DNA of 64,000 nucleotides from Spirochaetia bacterium. Its GTDB lineage: Bacteria > Spirochaetota > Spirochaetia > DSM-27196 > Salinispiraceae. The notes below the pieces were generated by a model. That model had not been told where the DNA came from. It worked only from the letters and a program-made list of their open reading frames with translations, and did no database searches. The position numbers and the translations under genes are program-made. The first letter of the stretch is position 1; each line of letters opens with the position of its first letter. Shown here piece by piece: positions 19,432 to 30,000 of the stretch. The stretch is taken from NCBI GenBank assembly GCA_038204425.1, contig JBBRCZ010000011.1:36309-100308 (forward strand). The letters run 5' to 3'.

Positions 19432-21756
19432 TTACGGGCACCTACCGAATTGACGCTCTGGCAGCCAATCTGCCCGCACCTGCCTTGCCGCCTCCACCAT
19501 GTTAATAAGTGCCGGTTCCACCTCGGCCCACGAACGGGTTTTTAGACCACAATCAGGGTTTACCCACACTTGATTGGCGTTCAAAACACCAAGGGCTTTG
19601 CGCAACAGTCCGGTCATTTCTTCCACGCTTGGCGTACGCGGGCTGTGGATGTCGTATAGGCCTGGCCCAATCTCAGCGGTGTAGGCGTGTTGGGCAAATG
19701 TATCCAACAACTCCATGTCTGAGCGGGAAGTTTCAAAGGAAATGACGTCCGCGTCCAAACTGGCAATTGCGTCGATGATGTCGCTAAACTCGGCGTAGCA
19801 CATATGCGTGTGTATTTGGGTCGCATCCTGTACCGACGCGGCGCTGAGTCGAAACGCCTTAGTCGACCACGCAAGATAGGCAGGCCACTCGGACGCGCGC
19901 AGTGGTAGTCCTTCGCGCAAGGCGGGCTCATCAATCTGAATGATGCGAATTCCCGCTTTTTCAAGATCTAGCACCTCATCGTGGAGGGCGAGCGCAATTT
20001 GAGCACAGGTTTGCGAGCGCGGTTGGTCGTCGCGCACAAAACTCCATTGCAATATGGTGACCGGCCCCGTCAACATGCCCTTTACCAGCCGTGTTGTGAG
20101 ACTTTGCGCATAAGCTGACCATTCCACAGTCATGGCCGATCTGCGTTCCACATCACCAAAAATGATAGGCGGTTTTACACATCGAGAACCGTAGCTTTGC
20201 ACCCAGCCGTTTTGGGTAAAGGCGAAGCCGGAGAGCTGCTCGCCAAAATACTCGACCATGTCGGTACGCTCATATTCGCCGTGTACCAAAACATCCAGTC
20301 CAACCTTTTCTTGCCACCGAATGAGCTCGGCAGTTCTTGCGCGCAAACTTGTTTCGTAGTCGTGTGCGGAGATAGTGCCATTTTTGAAATGCGCACGAAG
20401 CGCTCGGATGTCGGCAGTCTGCGGAAACGAGCCGATGGTCGTTGTTGGTAGCACCGGCAATTGCAAAGCCTTTTGTTGAATAAGCCGCCGCTGCGCAAAT
20501 GGTGTGGGGCGCGTTCCTTCGCCAGCAGCTACTGACCTTAAGCGCTGCTGCACCGCCGGTTTGCTTCGTTTTTCCGACCTTCGGCGACTGGCAAGATCGC
20601 GCTGATTTTGGTCAAAAGCTGACTGGACAGTAGCGCGTCCGTCGTTCGCTGCTTGTGTAAGGATTGCAATTTCTCCCAGTTTTTGAGCAGCAAATGCCAA
20701 CCAAGATTTAAGCTCGGCATCCAGTTTAGTTTCCGCAGCCAAATCCACCGGACTGTGCAACAACGAACAGCTCGACGCGACGATAAGCCTCTGCGAACCG
20801 CGTGCTGCTATAACTTTTTCCACCAAACCCAAGCTGGCGTCCAGGTCATTTTTCCAAATATTGCGACCATCGACGACTCCGATAGAAAGCCATCTGTCCT
20901 TGGGCCACAAGGTCAAAACATCGTCCAATTGTCCCGGCGCGCGGGCGAGGTCGATGTGTAATCCAGCAACGGGCAGTGCAACAATGGTTTCTAGATTGCT
21001 TCCTAGCCAGCCAAAGTACGTGGTCAAAAGTAAGTGTATTTCTGGGACCATGGCCAAACCGTTGTACGCACTTCGGTAAGCCACAAGTGCGTCCTGGTCG
21101 AGGTCGAGCACTAGGCAGGGCTCATCGATCTGAACCCAGTCCGCACCAGCGTCTTTGAGGCGCGTCAAGATTTCCACATAAACTGGAATCAACGAAGCGA
21201 GTAGGGCGAGTGGTTTGTCGTTCGAGTCCTTCGATTTTCCCAAGAGTAGGTACGAGACCGGACCAAGCAGGACGGGGCGGGTGTGTATTTTTAGGGCTTT
21301 TGCTTCGAGAAACTCATCCACAATTTTTGCTGAGGACAGCGCAAACTGTTGGTCTTTTTCAAACTCGGGCACCAAGTAGTGGTAGTTGGTGTCAAACCAC
21401 TTAGTCATTTCCAAGGCCACTACGTCCGTCGTGTCGCTCTGGCGGCCACGACCCATTGCAAAGTAGGCATCTAGAGGACTAATCTGCTTTGCAAATTGGT
21501 AACGTGCAGGAATTGCGCCTAGCAAAACGCTGGTGTCCAGTACATGGTCGTACAGAGAAAAATCGTTGCTGGGAATGTGGTCTATTCCGGCATCGGCCTG
21601 TAATCGCCAATTGCGAGCACGTAAGTCTTTGGCTTGCTCTTGCAGCGTTTCGGCGTCAATTTCCTTTTTCCAATAGGCTTCCAGCGCTTTTTTTAGTTGG
21701 CGGTTGGCGCCAATTCGGGGAAACCCCAAAACCGCGGATTGTACTTTGTTGCTCAT
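19432..21756 (-). CDS. metE: Cobalamin-independent methionine synthase
   Basis: LGFPRIG, KWFDTNYHY, TTTIGSFPQT, HTHMCY, WVNPDCGLKTR. Confidence 0.97.
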   Translation of the reverse strand: MSNKVQSAVLGFPRIGANRQLKKALEAYWKKEIDAETLQEQAKDLRARNWRLQADAGIDHIPSNDFSLYDHVLDTSVLLGAIPARYQFAKQISPLDAYFAMGRGRQSDTTDVVALEMTKWFDTNYHYLVPEFEKDQQFALSSAKIVDEFLEAKALKIHTRPVLLGPVSYLLLGKSKDSNDKPLALLASLIPVYVEILTRLKDAGADWVQIDEPCLVLDLDQDALVAYRSAYNGLAMVPEIHLLLTTYFGWLGSNLETIVALPVAGLHIDLARAPGQLDDVLTLWPKDRWLSIGVVDGRNIWKNDLDASLGLVEKVIAARGSQRLIVASSCSLLHSPVDLAAETKLDAELKSWLAFAAQKLGEIAILTQAANDGRATVQSAFDQNQRDLASRRRSEKRSKPAVQQRLRSVAAGEGTRPTPFAQRRLIQQKALQLPVLPTTTIGSFPQTADIRALRAHFKNGTISAHDYETSLRARTAELIRWQEKVGLDVLVHGEYERTDMVEYFGEQLSGFAFTQNGWVQSYGSRCVKPPIIFGDVERRSAMTVEWSAYAQSLTTRLVKGMLTGPVTILQWSFVRDDQPRSQTCAQIALALHDEVLDLEKAGIRIIQIDEPALREGLPLRASEWPAYLAWSTKAFRLSAASVQDATQIHTHMCYAEFSDIIDAIASLDADVISFETSRSDMELLDTFAQHAYTAEIGPGLYDIHSPRTPSVEEMTGLLRKALGVLNANQVWVNPDCGLKTRSWAEVEPALINMVEAARQVRADWLPERQFGRCP

Positions 21757-21773
21757 TTATTACCCCTGCACTT

Positions 21774-21818
21774 AATGTATCGGTAAATCATGATATACCG
21801 ATACATTTTTTGTTACAA
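21774..21818 (-). promoter_or_regulatory. Putative metE promoter overlapped by a 12-bp-arm palindrome (operator?)
   Basis: Minus strand TTGTAA-17-TATCAT; arms AATGTATCGGTA (21774-85) and TACCGATACATT (21796-807) flank the -10. Confidence 0.55.
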
Positions 21819-21904
21819 GATAAAAACCAAACTTTCTTTCGGTAGTAAGCCGAAATTTTTTTTGAGATTGGCACCTTATCTATAGTGTTGTATTTTTAAT
21901 TCAA

Positions 21905-22058
21905 CGCTATAAGTAGCGGTTTATTACAGGGAAGCAGGTTGAAATCCTGCACGGTGCCGCCGTCGTATGGGGGAGGTTGCTGCGTAATGCCACTGGAATT
22001 AGTTCTGGGAAGGCGCAGGTCAACCATTGATCCCCAAGTCGGAATATCTGAATAAGCC
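21905..22058 (+). promoter_or_regulatory. Cobalamin (B12) riboswitch, oriented away from metE
   Basis: AGGGAA-GCAGG-TTGAAA-TCCTGC, GCCACTG, GGGAAGG, AAGTCGGAATATCTG (B12-box-like); GGTTTATT/AATAAGCC closing stem. Confidence 0.9.
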
Positions 22059-22137
22059 ACAACATAGCCTCTTTTGCGAGCACAAAAGGGCTGGTTCGCT
22101 GTAGCCAAGGCCTATATTTTGTACCTAACCGAGCATA

Positions 22138-22165
22138 AGCGCCTGAGGCCGGCGTCGCTTTTTTT
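22138..22165 (+). terminator. Possible riboswitch expression-platform terminator
   Basis: GCGCC/GGCGT hairpin followed by T7. Confidence 0.45.
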
Positions 22166-22578
22166 CGCAGCGGTTAAAACTTTTTTGAGACGCGGGTTAC
22201 TGATTATCGAAGTGCAGGGGATTTATCGTGGCATTAAGCATCAAGAAGGCCGTTTAAGCCTGTGGCGGCACAAATTTTTAACACGTAAAAGTACGTACTC
22301 AACAAGTAGTGACGCATCTTAGGCGGGGCGGGAGTAAGCATGGCCAAGGTTGAAGCACTGCATTTCCGGTGTCGATTGCTAGCCATTGATCCAAGCCCAG
22401 CTCGACAAGGTTTTGTCCGGGGTTAAATCGACATCCATCCAGCTCCCATAGTAGGCGTGGCCAGCTTTTTTATAGAAAGAACTCGGTGTGCCTCTACAGT
22501 TGGCCATTACTGATGGAGCAAGTAGTAAATCACACTGGTGCTTGTTTAAAACTCATACAAGCAATGAAGCCCTATAGT

Positions 22579-23215
22579 TTATGAGATACAAAATCCGCCT
22601 TTGTGTTTCGAATGGTACAATGCCTGATCAGCTGCATTAAGTAGCTGTGCTATGGTTTTGATTTTGTCGCTAACTTGGCTTAAGCCGATGCTCAGGGAAC
22701 CATTCCAATATTCTGTTCCTGTTTCTAAACATAGGGGCGTGGCTTGTGAAAGCACCTTTGCGCCTAGTTTTAAAGCGCCGTCTTTATTGGTATGTGGGCA
22801 GATAGCTAGAAATTCATTTCCTCCGAGTCGACAAACAATATCACTTTCTCGGACCGAACTTTGCAGTCGGGAAGCGAGTGTTTGCAATAGTATATCGCCT
22901 TGACCATGTCCAAAATTGTCGTTTACTAGCTTAAAATGATCCGCATCGATTAACAAAATAGAAAAAATACTTTTATAACGATTATTGGTGCTCAAGAATT
23001 GATTTAATTTTTGCATCGCAAATCGACGGTTGGGCAATAAAGTCAATTCGTCATGGTTAGAGAGCGTTTTTAACTTTTAATTTGCATGGAGTTCAGTCTC
23101 GTTAGCGGCTGCGGTGCTTAGTCCTTTTTCTTAATGGCTTCTATTTGTCGAGCAAGGCTGTTATCGACTTTTAAGACATGAAAAGCGAGCCATCTAACTA
23201 AAAAATTTGCTTTCA
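22579..23215 (-). pseudogene. Degraded bacteriohemerythrin-GGDEF diguanylate cyclase
   Basis: GGDEF domain with GGNEF; upstream fragment FLVRWLAFHVLKVD (hemerythrin-like C-terminus) separated by a frameshift and stop. Confidence 0.75.
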
Positions 23216-23262
23216 ATGTAAAAAGATTTAACAATCGTAGTCTTCTCTAGCTCATAACATAA

Positions 23263-23844
23263 TTAGAGCAGTGCTAAGATTTCGTCCTTAATGCCACTTA
23301 GGGCTTCTTGGTATTGTTGAACTAGTTTTTCCATGTTCATTGTCAGAAATTTGGCTGTTTCTGGGTCAGTTTCTATGGTGAGTTGGACGCGGCGGCCAGT
23401 TTGTTGAAACATCTGGTCTTCTTTTTGTCGTAGGGCAGGTTCGGCTTGTTTTTGTATTGCTGCTATAAGTTGCTCGCGTTGCGCAAAATACTGGGCAAAA
23501 AACTTTTCTAGTTCGTCCATAAAGGTGGTCATTTCTGCTTGGTCTTTGGACAGGGCGATAAAGGCGGTCTTGTTTTTTGCCAGCCGCGTCAGTGCACTTT
23601 CGTTGCTGGGTAGGTTGAGGCAGGAAGACAAAACTTGCATTAGGCCGCCTTTGACCCAGTCCAAGTGTTTGCCTGTATATGCGCCAAGTTCCTTGGCAAG
23701 ATCAAGATCGTCTTCGTTGTCAATCTTGGCGGCCAGCTTCATGCCCTTTTGGTGAAACTCACGTGCTTCTAAGCCTTCGTGGTCAACTTCTATATCTTTG
23801 GTTCTTTCTAATGCCAGTTCTAACGCGCTTTTTATAAGGGCCAT
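23263..23844 (-). CDS. Conserved hypothetical protein
   Basis: MALIKSALELALERT start with GAGG RBS; helical. Confidence 0.75.
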   Translation of the reverse strand: MALIKSALELALERTKDIEVDHEGLEAREFHQKGMKLAAKIDNEDDLDLAKELGAYTGKHLDWVKGGLMQVLSSCLNLPSNESALTRLAKNKTAFIALSKDQAEMTTFMDELEKFFAQYFAQREQLIAAIQKQAEPALRQKEDQMFQQTGRRVQLTIETDPETAKFLTMNMEKLVQQYQEALSGIKDEILALL

Positions 23845-23946
23845 TTTTGACCTCTCCTCATCTCGGGTAGTTTTATTGTTGTGGGACCGAGCTTTCTGCA
23901 AAATTCCTTTGATAAAATAACACAATTAGCAACTTGTGACCATTCA

Positions 23947-24624
23947 CTATAAGTCAAATAACGGCGCGAGTGAAAATTGGGTTGGCGCCCGTGGCGCGCT
24001 CAAAAAACGAGTGGTGGTCAGTACGGCGTCCATTCTTTGGTCGTGTAGCTCATGCGGCAAGGTGCTGACTAGTTGGCAGTCAAAGCATAGGCCCAGTCTG
24101 AGTGCTTGCGGCACTCGCGCAAGGCTTTGGTCGTAGTAGCCCTTGCCGCGACCGAGACGGTGGAGCTGGCTGTCAAATCCGCGGCCTGGAACAAGCACCA
24201 GCAAGCCTTGGCCAAGTTGGTTTAGCTGATCGTCGCTAAGTGTTGGCAGTTGGGCCGAGGCCTGCTGCACACCGAGCGTTGAGTGTTTAACCGTGGACGA
24301 ATGAGCGCCATCCCAATTGCAGAAGCGCAAAATTGGCCCCTCTTGACGCGGTAGCAAGAGCCGATGCGAGCAGGTCAAAATAAAAGGCTTAATGTCAGGT
24401 TCGTCCTGCAAAGAAATAAATACGCAGATGGCTTTGATTGCCGGTACATGAGTCATAAGTTTTTGCAATCGCTGGTTCAAAAGAGCTGATTGGCTAGCTT
24501 TTTGGGCCTGTCCAAGCTCGTTTACAAGCCTGTTGAGACTTAAGCGGGCGTTTTCTTTGTTGGCAAATTGACTGGTTGGCAGCATGGCGCTTGTTACTTT
24601 TGAAAAATGAGCAGGGTTGACCAT
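23947..24624 (-). CDS. 5-formyltetrahydrofolate cyclo-ligase
   Basis: LVPGRGFD...RLGRGKGYYD, HDQRMD; start uncertain. Confidence 0.9.
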   Translation of the reverse strand: MVNPAHFSKVTSAMLPTSQFANKENARLSLNRLVNELGQAQKASQSALLNQRLQKLMTHVPAIKAICVFISLQDEPDIKPFILTCSHRLLLPRQEGPILRFCNWDGAHSSTVKHSTLGVQQASAQLPTLSDDQLNQLGQGLLVLVPGRGFDSQLHRLGRGKGYYDQSLARVPQALRLGLCFDCQLVSTLPHELHDQRMDAVLTTTRFLSAPRAPTQFSLAPLFDL

Positions 24625-25256
24625 TCGGTGTCTATGCTCTCAATCAAATGCAGCCCGGCGGACTCGGCGTCTTGCTGCACCTTGTGCAGGGAATGGTCGT
24701 AGTGTTCTATGATAAACTTTTTGCCGCCGGTTGCGAGTATGGGGGCCTTGCGCTGCGGGATGTGGTTAAACAGGACTTTGCCGCCAGCTTTGAGCCACTT
24801 AAAGCAGTGTTCAAAAAACTGAACGGGCTCAGCCAAGTGGACCAAGACAAAGAAGGCAAAGAACAAGTCGTAGCCTCGTGCGAGGCCGTCGCTTGGCTTG
24901 ATTATTAGCTTTGATTGAGCAAAGTCGGCTTGGCGAAATTTGATGTAGTTTTGGCATTTATGGGCGGCTATTTTGAGCATGGCCGGGCTAAGGTCCCAAC
25001 CTTCTAAGCGCAGGCTGCCATCTTTGAGCTGTGGGTTGTAGCTTGCCAGCAAGCGTGCGAGCACGCGGCCGTCGCCGCAGCCGAGGTCGGCTACAAAACT
25101 TGCTTGCTCTGGGCCGTTTTGTTCTAATAGTTCGTCAATAAGCTGGCTCAGCTTGGAGTTGGTTTCTTCCCAATCGAAGCTGTCGAGGTTGGCGTGGTCT
25201 TTATAGTAGTGGGCAGCGTAGGCTTGGTAGCCTTCCAGGGCGTCGAGGTATTTCAT
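24594..25256 (-). CDS. Class I SAM-dependent methyltransferase
   Basis: ADLGCGDG, DLSPAML, LKAGG. Confidence 0.88.
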   Translation of the reverse strand: MKYLDALEGYQAYAAHYYKDHANLDSFDWEETNSKLSQLIDELLEQNGPEQASFVADLGCGDGRVLARLLASYNPQLKDGSLRLEGWDLSPAMLKIAAHKCQNYIKFRQADFAQSKLIIKPSDGLARGYDLFFAFFVLVHLAEPVQFFEHCFKWLKAGGKVLFNHIPQRKAPILATGGKKFIIEHYDHSLHKVQQDAESAGLHLIESIDTEWSTLLIFQK

Positions 25257-26107
25257 GGGGCAATAGTGGTGCTTGTTGGGGAAACTTGCAAGCTGGTGCT
25301 GGTACTTATGCTGGTGCTTGTGCTTGGTTTTTGGCGCTGCACAACGGCTCGATATCGTGCCGACATGTCGCCACTGCGCGTAAAGGTTTTGACATTGTAG
25401 CGCAATGGGCTAGTTATAATGACCGCCAAACGCAGGCGTTGGTCATGGCTGAGGTTCTTAAAGTTGGTTTGGTAGTGAAAGCGAGCTGCTTCGCCGAGGC
25501 CAAAAACGCCTCTGCCAAATTCGATATAGTTTAGGTAGAGTTCCAAAATCCGCTTTTTGCCGAGTATTGCTTCCATAATGAGAGTGGCCTCGGCCTCCAT
25601 GGCCTTGCGGATCCAGTTTTTGTCCGGGCTCAAAAAGAGGTTGCGGGCAATTTGCATGCTGATGGTCGAACCGCCAAAAACCGTGCGGCCGATGCGACTG
25701 TTGCGTTCCATGGCTTCGCGGATGGCACCCAAGCTAATGCCGCCATGCTGGTAGAACTGGTGGTCTTCTAGTCTCAAAAAGGCTCGTTGAACCGAGGAGG
25801 GTATTGATTTAAGTGGAACAAAACGAACCGATCTAATGCTGTGTCCGTCGCTAAGGTGGCGGTAGGCCATGTAGGATGTAGCGGCTGGGTTGAGATGGAT
25901 AAAGACTAGACTGCATAGCGCTACTATGCCTATCCATGCCGCTTGCAAAAAAGCCGCGATTTTAAACAGAGCAACTACAAGCTTGACCCATGGACGGCGC
26001 GTACTGGGGCGAGTGCTGGGCTTGAGCAGACGACGGCAGGCAACTTGAAGTCGGTTGACTAGGGCTGGATCGCTAAAGTAGGTACTGGGAATAAAAGTTG
26101 CTTGCAT
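25253..26107 (-). CDS. mtgA: Monofunctional peptidoglycan transglycosylase (GT51)
   Basis: EDHQFYQHGG, GGSTISMQ, RK..E, KKRILELYLN. Confidence 0.9.
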   Translation of the reverse strand: MQATFIPSTYFSDPALVNRLQVACRRLLKPSTRPSTRRPWVKLVVALFKIAAFLQAAWIGIVALCSLVFIHLNPAATSYMAYRHLSDGHSIRSVRFVPLKSIPSSVQRAFLRLEDHQFYQHGGISLGAIREAMERNSRIGRTVFGGSTISMQIARNLFLSPDKNWIRKAMEAEATLIMEAILGKKRILELYLNYIEFGRGVFGLGEAARFHYQTNFKNLSHDQRLRLAVIITSPLRYNVKTFTRSGDMSARYRAVVQRQKPSTSTSISTSTSLQVSPTSTTIAP

Positions 26108-26216
26108 TGCTCACTTTTGTAACAGCTACGAGCTTTGTTGGCAACCGGCAGAGGAATTGTTGCAAATAGGTTTTTGCCGGTGACACGTTGCCCAATTGCT
26201 CATTAGAATGAAGTTT

Positions 26217-27050
26217 ATGATACCAAACCTTACGTCTGACGATCAACGCCTGCTTGCTTGCGCCTTTGAAGCTGCCGAGGCGGCCTACGCTATAATTTCT
26301 GCAAAAATTGGCACTACTTTTGAAAGACAAGAGAAGGGTCAGGCTAACTTTGTCACCGAAGTCGATAGGGCCTGTGAAACTGCCATCCGATCAGTTTTGG
26401 TAGCGCGCTACCCTGACGATGGGTTTGTCGGCGAGGAAGCACAACACGATAGTTTGGGCATTAACAGTCGCCACTGGATCGTCGATCCGATTGATGGCAC
26501 TACCAATTTTATTAAGGGTATACCTTGGTATTCGGTTTCCATTGCTTTATATGACAGTGATGGTCCTTTGCTTGGTTTGGTGATGGATGCCGCCCACCAC
26601 GAGTTCTACTACGCTCTGTCTGGCCAAGGTGCTTGGCACCACAAAGATGGGCTTGTTCCGCATCGTCTGAGCGTAAGTCCTGCCAAAACAATGGCAGAGT
26701 CAGTTTTGGCGACCGGATTTTACTATGATCGTGGCGAACATATGCGTAAGACTCTGGCTCAGATAGAGACTTTCTTTGAAGACGGTATGATCTGTATGCG
26801 ACGTTTTGGTTCGGCAGCCTTGGACTTGTGTATGGTGGCTGCAGGCCATGTGGAGGGATTTTGGGAGCACGTGCTCAACCCGTGGGATTTTGCGGCCGGA
26901 ATTTTGTTGGTAACTGAAGCTGGTGGCCAGGTTAGTGATTGGCAGGGCAAGCCGATGGGGCTGGTCAAAGGTCCTATCCTGGCCGCTTGCCCTGCCATTC
27001 ACCCATTAATTCTTAGACGACTTGGGACAAACACGTCGCCAGCAGGTTAA
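26217..27050 (+). CDS. Inositol monophosphatase family (SuhB-like)
   Basis: GEE, WIVDPIDGTTNF, GSAALD, WDFAAG. Confidence 0.93.
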   Translation: MIPNLTSDDQRLLACAFEAAEAAYAIISAKIGTTFERQEKGQANFVTEVDRACETAIRSVLVARYPDDGFVGEEAQHDSLGINSRHWIVDPIDGTTNFIKGIPWYSVSIALYDSDGPLLGLVMDAAHHEFYYALSGQGAWHHKDGLVPHRLSVSPAKTMAESVLATGFYYDRGEHMRKTLAQIETFFEDGMICMRRFGSAALDLCMVAAGHVEGFWEHVLNPWDFAAGILLVTEAGGQVSDWQGKPMGLVKGPILAACPAIHPLILRRLGTNTSPAG

Positions 27051-27068
27051 CTTTGAGGTACACCAAGC

Positions 27069-30000
27069 ATGTTTAGCCTAGGTATTGATATTGGATCGAC
27101 AACTGCCAAAGTGGTGCTTTTGGATGCTTATCACGACGTACTTTTTAGTGAATACGTGCGCCACAACGCCCGCATCCTCGAGTCTCTGGTGCCGGTTTTG
27201 ACGCGGCTCTTCCAAGAGCGGGGCAACCTTAAGCTTAGGCTGTCTTTGACGGGCACAGCGGGAATGGGCCTGGCTGAGCGCGCCAAACTACCTTTTGTTC
27301 AAGAAGTGGTGGCAGCTGGCTTGGTGGTGCAAGCGATCTATCCGCAAGTCCGCACCTTAATAGACATAGGTGGAGAAGACGGCAAGATTATCCTCTTTGA
27401 TCAAGCAAGTGACGGCAGTGGATTTCTGCGGCCAACAATTCGTATGAACGGCAACTGCGCCGGTGGGACGGGCTCGTTTATTGACCAGATGGCTGGTTTG
27501 CTGGGGCTGGATGTTAGTCAGCTTTCTGATTTGGCAGCTAGCAGTACTCAAAATTATCCTATGGCTAGCCGCTGTGGCGTTTTTGCCAAAACGGATGTGC
27601 AGACGCTCATGTCGCGTTCGGTGCCTCGGGCCGATATTGTTGCTTCGGTATACCGAGCTGTGGCTTTTCAGACGGTTTCCAGCCTGGCCCACGGTGCCGA
27701 CTTGCACGCAAAAGTTCTGTTTGCCGGCGGTCCGCTTGGTTTTCAAGCTGGTTTGCGCCAGGCCTTTTGTGAGGTGCTCAAGATTGATCCAGCAGACACG
27801 CTTTTGCCACCGCGGCCTGAGCTTGTGCCAGCGATTGGGGCCGCTCTCAATAACTCTGGTAGAGAAATGCAGCTGCAAGAGCTACTGAGCATGCTGGCCA
27901 CCAGTGCTGGCATTAAACTCAAACTAACGCCAAGCCTGAGTCAACTTTTTGAAAGCAATGAGCATTTTGAGGCTTGGATGCAGGAGAAGGCCAGCCATCA
28001 GGTGGCCCGTGCCAGCTTGTCTAGTGATAACGCGGCTGCAAACCGGATTTTTTTGGGTATCGATTGCGGGTCGCGGACTTCCAAGTTGGTCTTGATTGAT
28101 GACCAAGGGCGGCTTTTGGCGTCCTTTTACCGCGGCAACGATGGTGATCCACTGCAGACGGTCAACGACGGTCTTGAGACCATTAGTGTCCAACTTGAGC
28201 AGAGCGGGCTTGATGCCAAAGTTGCGCTTAAAGCAGCCGCCTCGACTGGCTATAGTGAGGAGCTCTTACAACACGCATTTCTTCTTGATTACGGCATTGT
28301 AGAAACTCTGGCCCACTTTAGAGCGGCGCGAGAGTGGGATGAGCAAGTAAGTTTTATCTTGGACATAGGTGGGCAGGACATGAAGGCCATCTTTGTTGAC
28401 CACGGTGTGATCCAACATATGGAACTTAACGAGGCTTGTAGCTCAGGGACTGGCAGCTTTATAGAAGGCTTTGCTCTTGGACTTGGGGTAACCCTTGAAG
28501 ACTTTGCCTTGCAGGCTTGCTGTGCCAAAGAGCCGCGCGACTTGGGCACGCGGTGTACGGTGTTTATGAACTCCAAGGTCAAGCAAGCCCTGCGTGAGGG
28601 TGCCGAGCTTGGCGATATTTCGGCGGGTTTGGCCTACTCAGTGGTAAAAAACTGCTTTCAAAAGGTACTCAAGATCCACGACCCGCGCGTGATAGGCCAG
28701 CACATTATTGCCCAAGGTGGCACCTTTAAGAACCCAGCAGTCTTGCGGGCGCTGGAGCTTCACGTTGGTAGCACTGTTATTCGTCCTGATATTGCCGAAC
28801 TGATGGGCGCTTATGGGGCGGCTTTGCTAGCCCGTGACCGCTGGATAGCCGGCGGCCAAGTAGGCAGTTCTACTTTTATTGGCTTTGACTGTCTTTTGCA
28901 GGCTTTGCCGCTTGTGCGCAAAAATCTTAGTTGCCAAGGTTGCGAAAACCTTTGCACGGTTACACGCATGGATTTTGAAGGGGGGCACCATTTTTACACC
29001 GGGCACAAGTGTAACAAGGTTTTCAATAACACCAGGAGTGCTCCGTCAGGGCAGTCAGTAAGCGCAGCACGTCTTTCAAGTGCAGCACCTTCCGCCGAAC
29101 CAGGCGACAAGGCCTTTGATATGCTGGAACTCAAGCGGCGTCTGCTTTTTGACCGAGCGCTGAGACCTACAAGCAGTGACGGCAAAAGCCTTACGCCGCG
29201 CGCTCGGATTGGTATCCCACGGGTGCTCAATCTTTACGAAGACTTTCCTTTTTGGGCGACGCTCTTTGTCGAAGCTGGGTTTGAAGTTTGCCTGTCTTCT
29301 CCGTCGAGTTTGCCTCAAGTAGAACAGGGCTATTCTACGGTGATGAGTGAGAACATTTGTTTTCCAGCCAAACTGGCCAACGGGCATATTTTGGAGCTGT
29401 GCCAATGGGGGGTAGATCGTATCTTCTTTCCTATGATTAGGCACGACCGGCAAGAGTTTAAAGACAGCCTCAATAGTTTTAATTGCCCGGTTGTCACAGG
29501 CTACCCGGAAGTTATTCGTTCGGCAATTGATCCAGAGCGCAATTTTGGCATTGCCTTTGACGCACCAGCTATGAGTTTTAAACACCCAGACTTGATGAAA
29601 AAGGCCTGCCAGGACTACTTGTCTGGCTTGGGCGTAGATAAGAAGACTTCCTCGCGGGCCTGGGGCAAGGCCGAAGCTGCCTGGCATGACTACCGTAAGA
29701 CGCTCTGCCAACTTGGTCTAGAGGCGCGCGAGAAAGCCCAAAAAGAGGGACGCTTGGGCATACTGCTCTTGTCTCGGCCCTACCACGTCGACGCTTTGGT
29801 TAACCACAAAGTGCCGGAAATGATCACTTCTTTTGGTGTCGACGTCTACACTGATGATATTGTTGATAGCGACCAGCGCTCCAATTTGCCTGGCGTCCAA
29901 GTGCTGACCCAGTGGGCCTTTCCCAATCGTTTTTACGATGCGGCTCTTTGGGCAGCAGACCAAAGTCAGCTCGAGGTGGTGCAGCTCAATTCTTTTGGTT

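Noticed and set aside
23947..24700. 6S RNA expected upstream of 5-formyl-THF cyclo-ligase
   Set aside because: The upstream region is fully occupied by the methyltransferase CDS.
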